A stretch of 62,963 bases of DNA, counting the filler. It is 2 parts of 2 records of this genome, joined end to end, with 100 filler letters (N's around TTAATTAATTAA, not from the genome) between each part and the next. Parts side by side here need not be neighbours in the genome. Positions count along the whole stretch, not along the records: positions 1 to 31,088 come from SRR20825006_324; 1 more part is not named here. One strand, written 5' to 3'. Shown here in pieces: positions 9,252 to 19,041 of this stretch (position 1 is its first letter; the number at the start of each line of letters is the position of its first letter). Under the pieces are notes generated by a model. That model made no database searches. It was not told the origin of the DNA and was given only the letters and a program-made list of their open reading frames with translations. The position numbers and the translations under genes were made by a program.

Positions 9252-10267
9252 AACACGCAACATTTGATCCCACCTCCGTTTGTGCCTTGATGCCCATGGG
9301 ACTCATTTATGACGATGATGGGATCATCCAATTTGTCGGCCCGACACTTGGCAAACTGCGCAGGGCCGATACGTTGATTGGCAAAACAATCAGTGAGGTG
9401 TTTTCCGTTCGCGACAACGGGCGCGGGACGGGCGATGGGCCTGTGCCATTGTCAACGAAACTCTATCTGAACTTCACGTCCGGTATTTCGACCCCGCTGA
9501 AAGGGATGGCCATTGCCATTGACGGCGCCAATCTCAACATTTTGAACCTGTCTTTTGGCATCTCGATCCTCGACGCTGTGGCCGATTATCGACTGACCTC
9601 GGGAGATTTTGCTCACACCGACCTGGCGATTGAAATGCTTTATCTGGTTGAGGCGAAATCGGCGGTTCTTGAAGAAACCAAACAGCTCAACGCACGTCTG
9701 CAAGGTGCAAAGGTCGCTGCCGAAGAACAGGCCTATACCGATACGCTCACCGGGCTGAAAAACCGACGTGCGATGGACTATGTTCTGGATCGGATGTTGC
9801 GCGGCGGTGTCCATTTTGCCCTGATGCACCTTGATCTCGATTACTTCAAATCCGTCAATGACACGCTTGGCCATGCCGCAGGCGATACAGTGTTGCAACG
9901 GGTGGCGAAAATTCTATTGGAAGAAACCCGTGGAGACGACATGGTGGCACGGGTGGGAGGCGATGAATTTGTTTTGGTTTTCAATAAGTTTGTTGATCAT
10001 GACCGGCTGATGCGCACAGCCTCTCGGATTATTGCCCGGCTTGAGGAACCGATCCCATATCAGGATACAGTCTGCCGGATTTCAGGATCTATCGGGATCA
10101 CAACCACGGAATTCTACGCGTCTCCGAGCGCTGACAAAATGATTCACGATGCGGATCTGGCCCTCTACGGATCAAAACACGACGGCCGCGCCCAAGCGAC
10201 ACTGTACGATCCAGGCAGACATGATGGCGGGATGCCGGATGGACAAGTCGCACCGCAGCGGCGCTAA
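9248..10267 (+). CDS. Diguanylate cyclase with N-terminal PAS/HNOB-associated-like region
   Basis: TDTLTGLKNRR, DLDYFKSVND, RGDD I-site, GGDEF; ATGA overlap with the H-NOX gene. Confidence 0.88.
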   Translation: MKHATFDPTSVCALMPMGLIYDDDGIIQFVGPTLGKLRRADTLIGKTISEVFSVRDNGRGTGDGPVPLSTKLYLNFTSGISTPLKGMAIAIDGANLNILNLSFGISILDAVADYRLTSGDFAHTDLAIEMLYLVEAKSAVLEETKQLNARLQGAKVAAEEQAYTDTLTGLKNRRAMDYVLDRMLRGGVHFALMHLDLDYFKSVNDTLGHAAGDTVLQRVAKILLEETRGDDMVARVGGDEFVLVFNKFVDHDRLMRTASRIIARLEEPIPYQDTVCRISGSIGITTTEFYASPSADKMIHDADLALYGSKHDGRAQATLYDPGRHDGGMPDGQVAPQRR

Positions 10268-10278
10268 ATGCCGAGTGT

Positions 10279-11550
10279 TCATTTAAGGCGACGGCGCACC
10301 GTGGCACCGCGTCCGTGCAGAGACAGGGTCGCATCGCCACGCGGTGAGCGGGCTATGACCTTGCCCTTGGCGATCACCGCCAAACGTGCGGGCCGCAACC
10401 GTAGCGCCTCAGTCGGGGAGGCGGCATCCAGCACCACCAAAGAAGCCAGCGCCCCTTTGCGCAGACCATAGTCCGTAAGCCCCATGATCGCGGCATTGTC
10501 CTCGGTCACCATGGTGAAACAGCGCGCCATCTCATCGGGATGGGTCATCTGCGCCACATGCAGTCCCATAAAGGCGACATCCAACATATCGGCGGTGCCC
10601 AGCGAATACCATGGATCTAGGACGCAATCCTGCCCCCAGCCAACGCGAATGCCCATGGCCTGCATTTCCTTGACCCGTGTCAAGCCGCGCCGTTTCGGGA
10701 ATGTGTCATGGCGACCTTGCAGCACGATGTTGATCAATGGGTTTGGGATGGCGGAAATCTCGGCTTCGGCAATCAAAGGCAAAAGTTTCGACACATAATA
10801 ATTGTCCATCGAATGCATCGAGGTCAAATGACTGCCCGCCACCCGGCCTTGCAAGCCAAGTCGCGTGGTCTCATAGGCCAGCGTTTCAATATGGCGGCTC
10901 ATCGGATCGTCGGTCTCATCGCAATGGATATCGACGGGCAAGCCGCGTTTGGTGGCAATCTCGCACAGATCGGTCAAAGAGGCTGTGCCATCGGCCATCG
11001 TGCGTTCAAAATGCGGGATGCCGCCGACCACATCGACACCCATATCCAGCGCCCGGATCACATTGTCGCGTCCGGTTTTGGATCGGTACAACCCGTCTTG
11101 CGGAAAGGCCACGAGTTGCAAGTCAATGTACTCTTTGACCTTTTCGCGCACCTCCAACATCGCCGTGACGGTGTTGAGATGATCGGGCGTAGTATCGACA
11201 TGCGAGCGGATCGCCAAAAGCCCCATCGAGGCGGCCCAGTCGCAATAGCTCAATGCGCGCTCCACCATGTCGTCCACCGTGGCAACATCGCGCAGCTCGC
11301 CCCAAAGGCCGATCCCCTCCAACAGAGTGCCCGAGGCATTCACCCGTGGCGTGCCAAAGGAGAGGGTGGCATCCAGATGAAAATGCGGATCAACAAACGG
11401 TGGTGAGACCAAATCTCCCGTGGCGTCGATCACTTTGCGGGCTTCAAATTCGATATTGGGGGCAATCTCGGCAATCCGGTCGCCCCGTATCGCCACATCC
11501 GCCACACGCCCATCCGGCAATGTGCCGCCCTTCACAATCAGATCAAACAT
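10279..11550 (-). CDS. codA: Cytosine deaminase (amidohydrolase family)
   Basis: VDPHFHLD, QLVAFPQDG, VGGIPHFE, DIHCDE, GQDCV..PWY motifs. Confidence 0.85.
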   Translation of the reverse strand: MFDLIVKGGTLPDGRVADVAIRGDRIAEIAPNIEFEARKVIDATGDLVSPPFVDPHFHLDATLSFGTPRVNASGTLLEGIGLWGELRDVATVDDMVERALSYCDWAASMGLLAIRSHVDTTPDHLNTVTAMLEVREKVKEYIDLQLVAFPQDGLYRSKTGRDNVIRALDMGVDVVGGIPHFERTMADGTASLTDLCEIATKRGLPVDIHCDETDDPMSRHIETLAYETTRLGLQGRVAGSHLTSMHSMDNYYVSKLLPLIAEAEISAIPNPLINIVLQGRHDTFPKRRGLTRVKEMQAMGIRVGWGQDCVLDPWYSLGTADMLDVAFMGLHVAQMTHPDEMARCFTMVTEDNAAIMGLTDYGLRKGALASLVVLDAASPTEALRLRPARLAVIAKGKVIARSPRGDATLSLHGRGATVRRRLK

Positions 11551-11861
11551 CGTCTTTCTCCTGTGTTGAACGGCACGATCAGGCGGTGCGGCCCTTGTAA
11601 CGGCGTGACATAGCGATCTGGGTAAGGATAGAGCGAAAACGCGCAAAATGCAGCAGCTCTTGCATCTGGTGCGTGCTCGGAATGTTTTAGGAAAACCGCA
11701 AACTTGTGTTTAAACTGCGTAATCCGGGCTTGAGTTGAGCCCATCAGAGAGTGTCGCCGCAGCGTGAGGGGCGCAAAGGGACAACATAGACCTTTGGGCA
11801 ATTTGTAATGCGCTAACTGTTTGCTAATCTCGGGTCAGACCCAAACTGAAAGCGGTTTCCC

Positions 11862-12557
11862 ATGATCGAAAAGACTCCCATTCGCGTCGAAGGTGCTTTT
11901 CAAACAGCGTTGATTGTTGATGACCACCCGCTGTTTTGCGACGCTTTGTCGATGACCTTGCGGGCGGGGGTCGGGATTGCAACGGTGGCCACCGCGGGCG
12001 CGCTGGAGGAAGCCTTGGAACGGCTGTCCATCGGCGACGCACCGGATGTGATCTTGCTCGACCTGAACCTGCCGGATGTCAACGGGCTGGACGGTTTGGT
12101 GCGACTGACCAAAATGTGTCCACAGACGCCGATTGTGATCGTGTCGTCCATGGCCGAGCCACGGGTGGTGCGCTCTGCCATTCGGGTGGGAGCGGCGGGG
12201 TTTGTGCCCAAACATTCCACCCGCGAAACCTTTCGCAAAGCCTTTGAACATATCGCAGGTGGCGAGATTTATGCCCCCGAGGGCGCGTTTTCGGAGGGCG
12301 ATGCCAATATGCCGCTGAGTGCACGCGAAGATGCGCTGATCCGGCTGTCGCATCTGACCCGGCAACAGGCGCGCATTTTGCAATTGATCTGCGAAGGCCA
12401 AATGAACAAACAAATCGCCTATGAGCTGACCATCGCGGAAACCACGGTCAAAGCCCATGTCACCGCGATCATGCGCAAACTTGGGGTGCAAAGCCGCACT
12501 CAGGCGGTGTTGATCGCGCAGGAAGCGAATTTCAACAGTCTCTTGTCTGGAAGCTGA
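11862..12557 (+). CDS. LuxR/NarL-family response regulator (ErbR/AgmR/AfdR/FlhR-like)
   Basis: VDDHP receiver, LLDLNLP, HTH LTRQQ...NKQIAYEL.I.ETTVKAHV. Confidence 0.88.
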   Translation: MIEKTPIRVEGAFQTALIVDDHPLFCDALSMTLRAGVGIATVATAGALEEALERLSIGDAPDVILLDLNLPDVNGLDGLVRLTKMCPQTPIVIVSSMAEPRVVRSAIRVGAAGFVPKHSTRETFRKAFEHIAGGEIYAPEGAFSEGDANMPLSAREDALIRLSHLTRQQARILQLICEGQMNKQIAYELTIAETTVKAHVTAIMRKLGVQSRTQAVLIAQEANFNSLLSGS

Positions 12558-12581
12558 CTTTCCGCCACCCTTGAGAAAGGG

Positions 12582-13811
12582 ATGGAGGTTCCAATGCACA
12601 CATATGGCCAAACGCCACACATGACCGACCTGTCGGCCGCCCCGCTGGTGCGCCGCGCAGAAGTGGACGCCGATGATCCAGAAGCCGTGCGCAAAATCAT
12701 CAAAGGGCTTGGACCGGGGCCGTTTTCCATCGTCTTGATGTTTTTCTCACCCGAAACGGACCGGGTGGCGCTGGCGCGCAACCTCAAGGCCGAGATCCCT
12801 TGGGGGCGGGTGATGGGGTGCTCGACGGCGGGAGAATTGACCTCGATGGGCTATGACGAGGGCAAAATTGTCGCCATGGCCTTTCCGGTCGAACATTTTG
12901 GGGTGGAGACGCTTTTGGTGTCGGATCTCAAAACCTGTACGCCGCATGACCTGATGGGCGGGTTGATCCGCGCCCGACAGTTGTTGTCGCGCCGCTATCC
13001 GCATTTCACCCATGAATTTGCCATGCTTTTGGTCGATGGTCTCTCTGAACGCGAGGATCAATTGACCGCCGCACTGGCCTCGGGGCTTGGCTCGGTGCCA
13101 CTGTTTGGCGGATCGGCGGGGGATGGCGCTCGGTTCGAAGAGACCTTTATCATCAATGGCCGGGATATCATTGAAAACGCAGCGATTTTGACGTTTTTCC
13201 GCACCGATTGCCCGGTCCGGGTGTTTTCCTACGACCATTTGCGTGCGACCGAAAAACGCATGGTGGTGACGGCGGCGGAACCGAATGCGCGCATCGTCAA
13301 AGAGATCAACGCCGAACCTGCGGGGGCGGAGTATGCCCGTCTGATCGGCAGTGATCCGGCGCTTTTGAATGACAATGTCTTTGCTGCACATCCGGTGGTG
13401 GTGCGCGTCGGCGGCAAGCAACATGTGCGGGCGATCAAATCGGTCGCGGCCAATGGCGACATGTCGTTTTTTGCCGCGATTGACGAGGGCTTGGTTTTGA
13501 CGCTGGCCGAACCGATGGACATGGCCACCCATCTCAAAGGCGCCTTGGAGGGGCTGTCACAAGGCGCGACACCGGAGATGATTTTGGCTTGCGATTGTAT
13601 TTTTCGCCGCATCGAAGCTCGGAACAGCCAAAAAAGCGCCGAAATTTCTGCGCTTTTGGTCAAACATAACGTGCGCGGGTTTTCGACCTATGGCGAACAG
13701 ATCGGGTCGATCCATGTCAACCAAACTTTCACGGGCGTGGCGATTTACCCGCCCGGCAGCACCCCAACAACAGGCAAACCCAACATGGTTGAGAGTGAAG
13801 AGACACGATGA
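12582..13811 (+). CDS. FIST-domain sensor (NosP/AfdT-like)
   Basis: GCSTAGE, LVDGLS, FGGSAGDG, CDCIFRR, GFSTYGEQ...HVNQTFTG. Confidence 0.9.
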   Translation: MEVPMHTYGQTPHMTDLSAAPLVRRAEVDADDPEAVRKIIKGLGPGPFSIVLMFFSPETDRVALARNLKAEIPWGRVMGCSTAGELTSMGYDEGKIVAMAFPVEHFGVETLLVSDLKTCTPHDLMGGLIRARQLLSRRYPHFTHEFAMLLVDGLSEREDQLTAALASGLGSVPLFGGSAGDGARFEETFIINGRDIIENAAILTFFRTDCPVRVFSYDHLRATEKRMVVTAAEPNARIVKEINAEPAGAEYARLIGSDPALLNDNVFAAHPVVVRVGGKQHVRAIKSVAANGDMSFFAAIDEGLVLTLAEPMDMATHLKGALEGLSQGATPEMILACDCIFRRIEARNSQKSAEISALLVKHNVRGFSTYGEQIGSIHVNQTFTGVAIYPPGSTPTTGKPNMVESEETR

Positions 13812-16030
13812 CACAGCTCTCTGAGAACCTGTTGAACCCAGAGGACAGTTCCGAGCGCACCCGCGAGAAGCTGTTGAAAATCGTCGATGTGTTGATGCGC
13901 CAAGTCGAACAGCGCTCAAACGAACACGGCGCCGCCTACGCGCAGTTTCAGCGTGCCGCGATGTTGGAGGATCAGGTCCGCCAACGCACGGCGGATTTGG
14001 AATATGCGCTGGATTTGCTCAACGTTTCCAATGCGCGGCTGGCCGAGGCCAATCGCAAAATGGAGGTGGCACAGCGCAATCTCGCCAATGCCATCGAGAC
14101 CGTGCGCGAAGGGTTTGCGTTGTTTGATCAAGACGATGTGTTGGTGCTCTACAACTCGCGCTTTGCGATGTTTTTGCCGGACATTGTGCCGCGTTTGAAA
14201 CAGGGCATCAGCTTTTCGGATTATGCCGAAATGGTCAGCACATCGGAGTATCTCGACCTGACGGGGACGGACAACGCCTATGCCTGGGCCTCGCGCCGGG
14301 TTGAGCGGCACCGGGATCGGCATGTGGTGTTTAACGTCCATGTGGTGGGGGATCGCTGGATTCAGATTTCCGAACACCGCACCCCAGATGACGGCACGGT
14401 GATCCTTCAGACCGACGTGACCGATCTGGTGCTGACCGAACGCGAAACGCGGGGGCGGATGCTGGACGATCAGGCCCAAATGATCCGCGCCACCTTGGAA
14501 CATGTGTCCCTTGGGGTGTGTATTTTTGATAAAAATTGTCAGTTGGCCGGGTTCAACCAAAGGCTGGGTTATTTGCTGGGCCTGCCGATGACGCAGTTGC
14601 AATTGGGCGCAGGCTTTGAGGCCATGTATCAGCGCGTCAGTGGCGAATTGGCCGTGGGTGGGCAATTGACGCCAGAGGAGCTTTTGGCCTGGGTCTATGG
14701 CACGGCACCGCGCGTGCCGATCACCTTTGAGATGCGTCATTTGGATCGCCGGGTTCTTGTCGTCTCGGCGGAGGATTTGCCGGACGGCGGGTTTGTGATG
14801 TCGGTGACGGATGTGACCGCGGAACGGCGCGCGATGGCCGAATTGACCCGGACCAACGAGACGTTGGAGGCGCGGGTGATGTCGCGCACGCTCGATCTTG
14901 AGGACGCCTTGGCGCGCGCCGAGCGGGCAAACGCGGCGCGCTCGCGCTTTGTCGCTGCGGCCAGTCACGATCTGTTGCAACCCTTGTCGGCCGCCAAACT
15001 CTTTGTTGCCTCCGCCGAAGATGGCGTGAGCGATGATGACACCCGCAAGGTTCTGGGCAAGGCACAAAACGCGCTGGAGAGTGTCGAAAATATCCTCTCG
15101 GCGCTTTTGGACATCTCCAAACTTGAGGCCGGGCGCTCGGCCTTGGACATCATGCCCGTGCCGCTTGCGCCGATGTTGGCGCAGTTGCGCGATGAGTTCA
15201 TGTTGGCGGCGCAGGCCAAGGGCATTGATTTAAGGGTGGTGCAGACGGATCAGATCGTCGAAAGCGACCCGACCTATCTGCGCCGGATCGTGCAAAACCT
15301 GATGTCGAACGCGATCCGTTATACCGACGTCGGACGGGTTTTGGTCGGTGTACGGCGCAAAGGCGCGGGCCGGGTGCGGCTTCAGGTCTGGGACACCGGC
15401 CCCGGCATCCCCGAAATCGAACACCAAGCGGTGTTTCAGGAATTTCACCGTCTGGGCGTGTCCGCTTCGGCCTCGGTCGGGATGGGGCTTGGGCTGGCGA
15501 TTGTGGATCGTGCCTGTGCCCAGCTTGGCCATCCGATCCATCTGGACAGTGTCGTGGGCAAGGGCACGGTGTTTGGCATCGACCTGCCGCCGGCGCGACA
15601 ATGGGTGGCGAAAAAGACCGGGACCTATCTGCCTGAGCAGACCAGTCTGGAGCATCCTGGCGGGTTGATGGTGCTTTTGGTCGAAAACGACGCCGATGTG
15701 CGCCGCGCCGTCACGCTTTTGCTGGAGAAATGGGGCGTGGCTGTGGTCGGTGTTGAAACCGGCGAAGAGGCACTGTCGTTGGTCGAGGAGTTGGATGTCA
15801 CGCCGGATTTGATGTTGGTGGATTATCAACTGGGCGAGGGGATGAACGGGATCGCCTTTATCGAAGCGTTTTGGGCCAAATACGGCCGCATGCCCACGCG
15901 TCTTGTGACCGCCAATCGGTCGCGCGACGTGCGACAGGCCTGTCAGGCGGCGCAGATCAAAATCCTCTATAAACCGATCGCTCCCAAGGATCTTGAGACC
16001 TTTGTGATGACGCCGCTCAAAGCGCCTTAG
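13808..16030 (+). CDS. Cytoplasmic hybrid sensor histidine kinase with PAS domains (NahK/ErcS/AfdS-like)
   Basis: H-box AASHDLLQPL, NLMSNAIRY, DTGPGI, GLGL and C-terminal receiver (LVDYQL); no TM helices evident. Confidence 0.9.
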   Translation: MTQLSENLLNPEDSSERTREKLLKIVDVLMRQVEQRSNEHGAAYAQFQRAAMLEDQVRQRTADLEYALDLLNVSNARLAEANRKMEVAQRNLANAIETVREGFALFDQDDVLVLYNSRFAMFLPDIVPRLKQGISFSDYAEMVSTSEYLDLTGTDNAYAWASRRVERHRDRHVVFNVHVVGDRWIQISEHRTPDDGTVILQTDVTDLVLTERETRGRMLDDQAQMIRATLEHVSLGVCIFDKNCQLAGFNQRLGYLLGLPMTQLQLGAGFEAMYQRVSGELAVGGQLTPEELLAWVYGTAPRVPITFEMRHLDRRVLVVSAEDLPDGGFVMSVTDVTAERRAMAELTRTNETLEARVMSRTLDLEDALARAERANAARSRFVAAASHDLLQPLSAAKLFVASAEDGVSDDDTRKVLGKAQNALESVENILSALLDISKLEAGRSALDIMPVPLAPMLAQLRDEFMLAAQAKGIDLRVVQTDQIVESDPTYLRRIVQNLMSNAIRYTDVGRVLVGVRRKGAGRVRLQVWDTGPGIPEIEHQAVFQEFHRLGVSASASVGMGLGLAIVDRACAQLGHPIHLDSVVGKGTVFGIDLPPARQWVAKKTGTYLPEQTSLEHPGGLMVLLVENDADVRRAVTLLLEKWGVAVVGVETGEEALSLVEELDVTPDLMLVDYQLGEGMNGIAFIEAFWAKYGRMPTRLVTANRSRDVRQACQAAQIKILYKPIAPKDLETFVMTPLKAP

Positions 16031-16036
16031 GGCGCC

Positions 16037-16816
16037 TTAGGCCGACCGCCACCGTGCCGCCGCCCGTTCCCAGCGCTGGATCACCACGACCTCGATGAGC
16101 AACATCACGGCCACAAAGCTGAGCGCATAGGCCAAGACATAGGCGGTTTGAAAGTTTTGAAAATGCAGGTGAATTTTAAAGCCTATCCCGCTTGAGCGGC
16201 CCAGAAATTCGACCACGAGAACGATTTTCCAAATCATCGCAAGCCCGTTGCGCCCGGCAATGGCAAAATAGGGCGCGAGTTGTGGGCCTAAAACATGTCG
16301 CAGGCGCGCGCTGAGTGACATTGTGTAAATCCGCGCCATTTCATCCAATTTCGGATCTCGCGCCCGCGTCCCATCCCGCAAAGTCACCGTCACCTGCGCC
16401 AATTTGTTCAGTGTCACAGCAGTGATGGCGGCGATCTCGTTGAGGCCGATCCAGAGATAGCACAACACGATGATCACCAGCGCCGGAAGATTCAAAAACA
16501 CTGTGATCCACGGCGCAAACGCCCGCTCCAAACGCGGCATCAGCCCAAGTGCGATGCCCAAAACCGTCCCCAATCCCATCGCCAAGCCAAAGGACAAGGC
16601 GACGCGGATCATCGTGGCCTGCATCTGCGGCCAGAGCGTACCGGAGGTGGTCAGATCGGCCAGGACACGCAGCACGGCCAGGGGCGAGGGCAAAATATCC
16701 GGGTCCGCCTTGTGCCACGCGGCCAAAGACCAAAGCCCGATCAGGGCCGCAAGAGACAGTCCAGTGGTCACGCTTTTTGACACGGCCTGTTCGATGATGA
16801 TCCGTTTCTGTCGCAT
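16037..16816 (-). CDS. ABC transporter permease, NitT/TauT family
   Basis: ILPSP..V, WKIVLVVEFLG..SGIG motifs; start at 16816 preceded by a GGGAGG RBS. Confidence 0.85.
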   Translation of the reverse strand: MRQKRIIIEQAVSKSVTTGLSLAALIGLWSLAAWHKADPDILPSPLAVLRVLADLTTSGTLWPQMQATMIRVALSFGLAMGLGTVLGIALGLMPRLERAFAPWITVFLNLPALVIIVLCYLWIGLNEIAAITAVTLNKLAQVTVTLRDGTRARDPKLDEMARIYTMSLSARLRHVLGPQLAPYFAIAGRNGLAMIWKIVLVVEFLGRSSGIGFKIHLHFQNFQTAYVLAYALSFVAVMLLIEVVVIQRWERAAARWRSA

Positions 16817-16863
16817 CCAATCCTCCCGAACCAATCCTAACGCCGCCCGGGTCCTAGGGCGCT

Positions 16864-16879
16864 CTGGACCTTGGTCGTA
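16864..16879. promoter_or_regulatory. Copy of cluster palindrome (CTGGACCTTGGTCGTA)
   Basis: Matches TACGACC-WW-GGTCGTA; lies between the divergent permease and nosR-like genes. Confidence 0.6.
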
Positions 16880-16914
16880 TTCAACGCCGCCCCATGCGCC
16901 GTTAGCGTCATCAT

Positions 16915-19041
16915 ATGATGACACGTTACGCCCTCATTCTGGCCTTTCTCTGCGCCGTTCTGGTTGCCCCGATGCCTGTCTCGGCGGCGGCCCCCGATCC
17001 TTTGCCCCGCGCGGAGGTCGAGGCGATGATCATCCCGCCCTATGCCTTGGGTGAAAGCCTCGCCGACAATGGCGTGTATCAGCTGTTGAATTCGGGCGGT
17101 GCGGAGATCGGATATGTGTTTGAAACCGGCCCGCTCGCGCCCTTGCCGGGGTTTTCCGGCGCACCGATCAACATGTTGGTGTTGATGGACACAAGCGGCG
17201 TGTTTTTGGATGTGCGGTTGGTGTCGCAACGCGAGCCGGTGTTTGTGTCTGGCCTTGGAGAGGCGCCGTTTCGCGAGTTTATTGAACAATATAAAGGTCT
17301 TGCGATCACCCAAAGCCTTGTTGTCGGCGTGCCTTACGGGGCCAGCGGCAGTGGCGGATCGGACCTTGTGTATTTGGACGGCGTGACCAAAGCGACGGCC
17401 AGTGTGCGCATCGCGCATGAAAGCCTTTTGGCGGCGGCCCTTTCGGTGGCGCGCGACAAAATGCAAGGGCTGGCGCAAACGCCGCCCGCGCGGCCCAAGC
17501 CCGACGATGGCGAAACATTGACTTGGCAGGATTTGGTCGATCAGGGCATCGCCAAGCCGTTGCGGGTCAGCAATGCCGAAGTGGACGCCGCCTTTGCCGG
17601 AACGATTTGGGCCGATGATGACCCGGAGGCGCAGGCCGATCCAGAGGGGCTTTATCTTGACTTGTGGCTGGTGGATTTGGGCCCGCCTGCGGTCGCACGG
17701 GCGGTGTTGTCCGACGACTCGCTGAGCGATTTACAACATTTTCTGGCGGTCTCACCTGAGGCGGAACCTTTGCTGATGTTGGAGGCGGGGCGGCATGGTC
17801 TGGTCTCCGAGGATTTCGTGCGCAACACCGCGCCAGACCGGCTTTCGGCGGAACAGGGGGGCTTGCCCGTGGCGCTGCGCGATGCGGATTTGCTGGTCGA
17901 ATTGGCCGCCGATGTGCCACATGCCGGAACACAGGCCGGAACCCAGGCCGGGGTGGCGATGATCCTGCGGGCAGACCGGCGTTTGGGCTTTGATCCGATC
18001 TCAGACTGGGAGTTGCGGGTGCAGGCCGTGCGCGCCCATGGCAGTTTTCAACCGCGTTTGGGCGACACCCATTTCGCCCTGACCTATGCCGCGCCGGAGC
18101 GGTTTTTCGAGGTCTCAAAACCGCACAAACCGCTGCCCGCCTGGGCCGAAGCGGCGCTTAACCGGCGGGCGGATTTGATCGGTTTGGCCGTGGTTCTGAC
18201 CGGGCTGTTGCTTTTGGTCGGGCCCGGCATGACCCGTCTTGCGGCGCGGCCCAGTTTCACCGCCATCCGCCTGACGATATTGGCCTTTGTCATCGTTTTC
18301 ATTGGTTGGTGGGGGCAGGGGCAATTGTCGATTGTCACCGTCCTGGCCAGCCTGCGCGCCGCCGTTGGACAAGGCTCGTTTTCCGTGCTGCTGTATGACC
18401 CGTTTTCACTGATGATCTGGGCGGTGGCGATCCTTGGTTTTGTGCTTTGGGGGCGGGGGCTGTTTTGCGGCTGGCTTTGTCCGTTTGGTGCGATGCAGGA
18501 GTTGCTCCACCATGTCGGAAAGCGCCTGAATATCCGTCAGATCAAGGTCTCGGACGACTGGGACAACCGGTTGAAAAAATTTAAATATGTGGCGCTCTTT
18601 GGGGTCATCGCGGTGACATTCGCCGCCCCCGATTATGCCGAAAAAGCTGCCGAAATAGAGCCGTTCAAAACCGCCATCACCGTCTATTTCGTCCGCGAGT
18701 GGTATTACGTCGCCTATGCCGTGTTTTGGCTGGGGCTGAGCCTCGTCTTTTTCAAAGGGTTTTGCCGATATGTCTGCCCTTTGGGGGCGATCATGGCGAT
18801 TGGCGGCCTGTTGCGTGGGCGCGATTGGATCGCCCGGCGTGAGGCCTGCGGCAGCCCGTGCCAATTGTGCCGGGTCAAATGCCGCTATGGCGCAATCAAA
18901 AAGACCGGAGAAATCCAGTATGACGAATGTTTTCAATGCCTTGATTGCGTTAAAATCCATGACGATCCGAACCAGTGCGTGCCGCTGATCTTGGCCGCCA
19001 AACGACAGGAGCGTGCCACATGCCCGCCAAATCTCAGCTGA
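16915..19041 (+). CDS. NosR/NirI-like membrane protein with FMN-binding and 4Fe-4S domains
   Basis: Periplasmic FMN domain (PGFSG.PI, DGVTKATAS), TM helices, CGWLCP, CRYVCP, CGSPCQLC...C and CFQCLDC. Confidence 0.88.
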   Translation: MMTRYALILAFLCAVLVAPMPVSAAAPDPLPRAEVEAMIIPPYALGESLADNGVYQLLNSGGAEIGYVFETGPLAPLPGFSGAPINMLVLMDTSGVFLDVRLVSQREPVFVSGLGEAPFREFIEQYKGLAITQSLVVGVPYGASGSGGSDLVYLDGVTKATASVRIAHESLLAAALSVARDKMQGLAQTPPARPKPDDGETLTWQDLVDQGIAKPLRVSNAEVDAAFAGTIWADDDPEAQADPEGLYLDLWLVDLGPPAVARAVLSDDSLSDLQHFLAVSPEAEPLLMLEAGRHGLVSEDFVRNTAPDRLSAEQGGLPVALRDADLLVELAADVPHAGTQAGTQAGVAMILRADRRLGFDPISDWELRVQAVRAHGSFQPRLGDTHFALTYAAPERFFEVSKPHKPLPAWAEAALNRRADLIGLAVVLTGLLLLVGPGMTRLAARPSFTAIRLTILAFVIVFIGWWGQGQLSIVTVLASLRAAVGQGSFSVLLYDPFSLMIWAVAILGFVLWGRGLFCGWLCPFGAMQELLHHVGKRLNIRQIKVSDDWDNRLKKFKYVALFGVIAVTFAAPDYAEKAAEIEPFKTAITVYFVREWYYVAYAVFWLGLSLVFFKGFCRYVCPLGAIMAIGGLLRGRDWIARREACGSPCQLCRVKCRYGAIKKTGEIQYDECFQCLDCVKIHDDPNQCVPLILAAKRQERATCPPNLS

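Noticed and set aside
17923-17952. Short in-frame tandem repeat (AGTQAGTQAG); a similar LTG[GE] repeat lies near 25097-25132
   Set aside because: 12-bp slippage duplications in linker or tail regions; no evidence of function or phase variation
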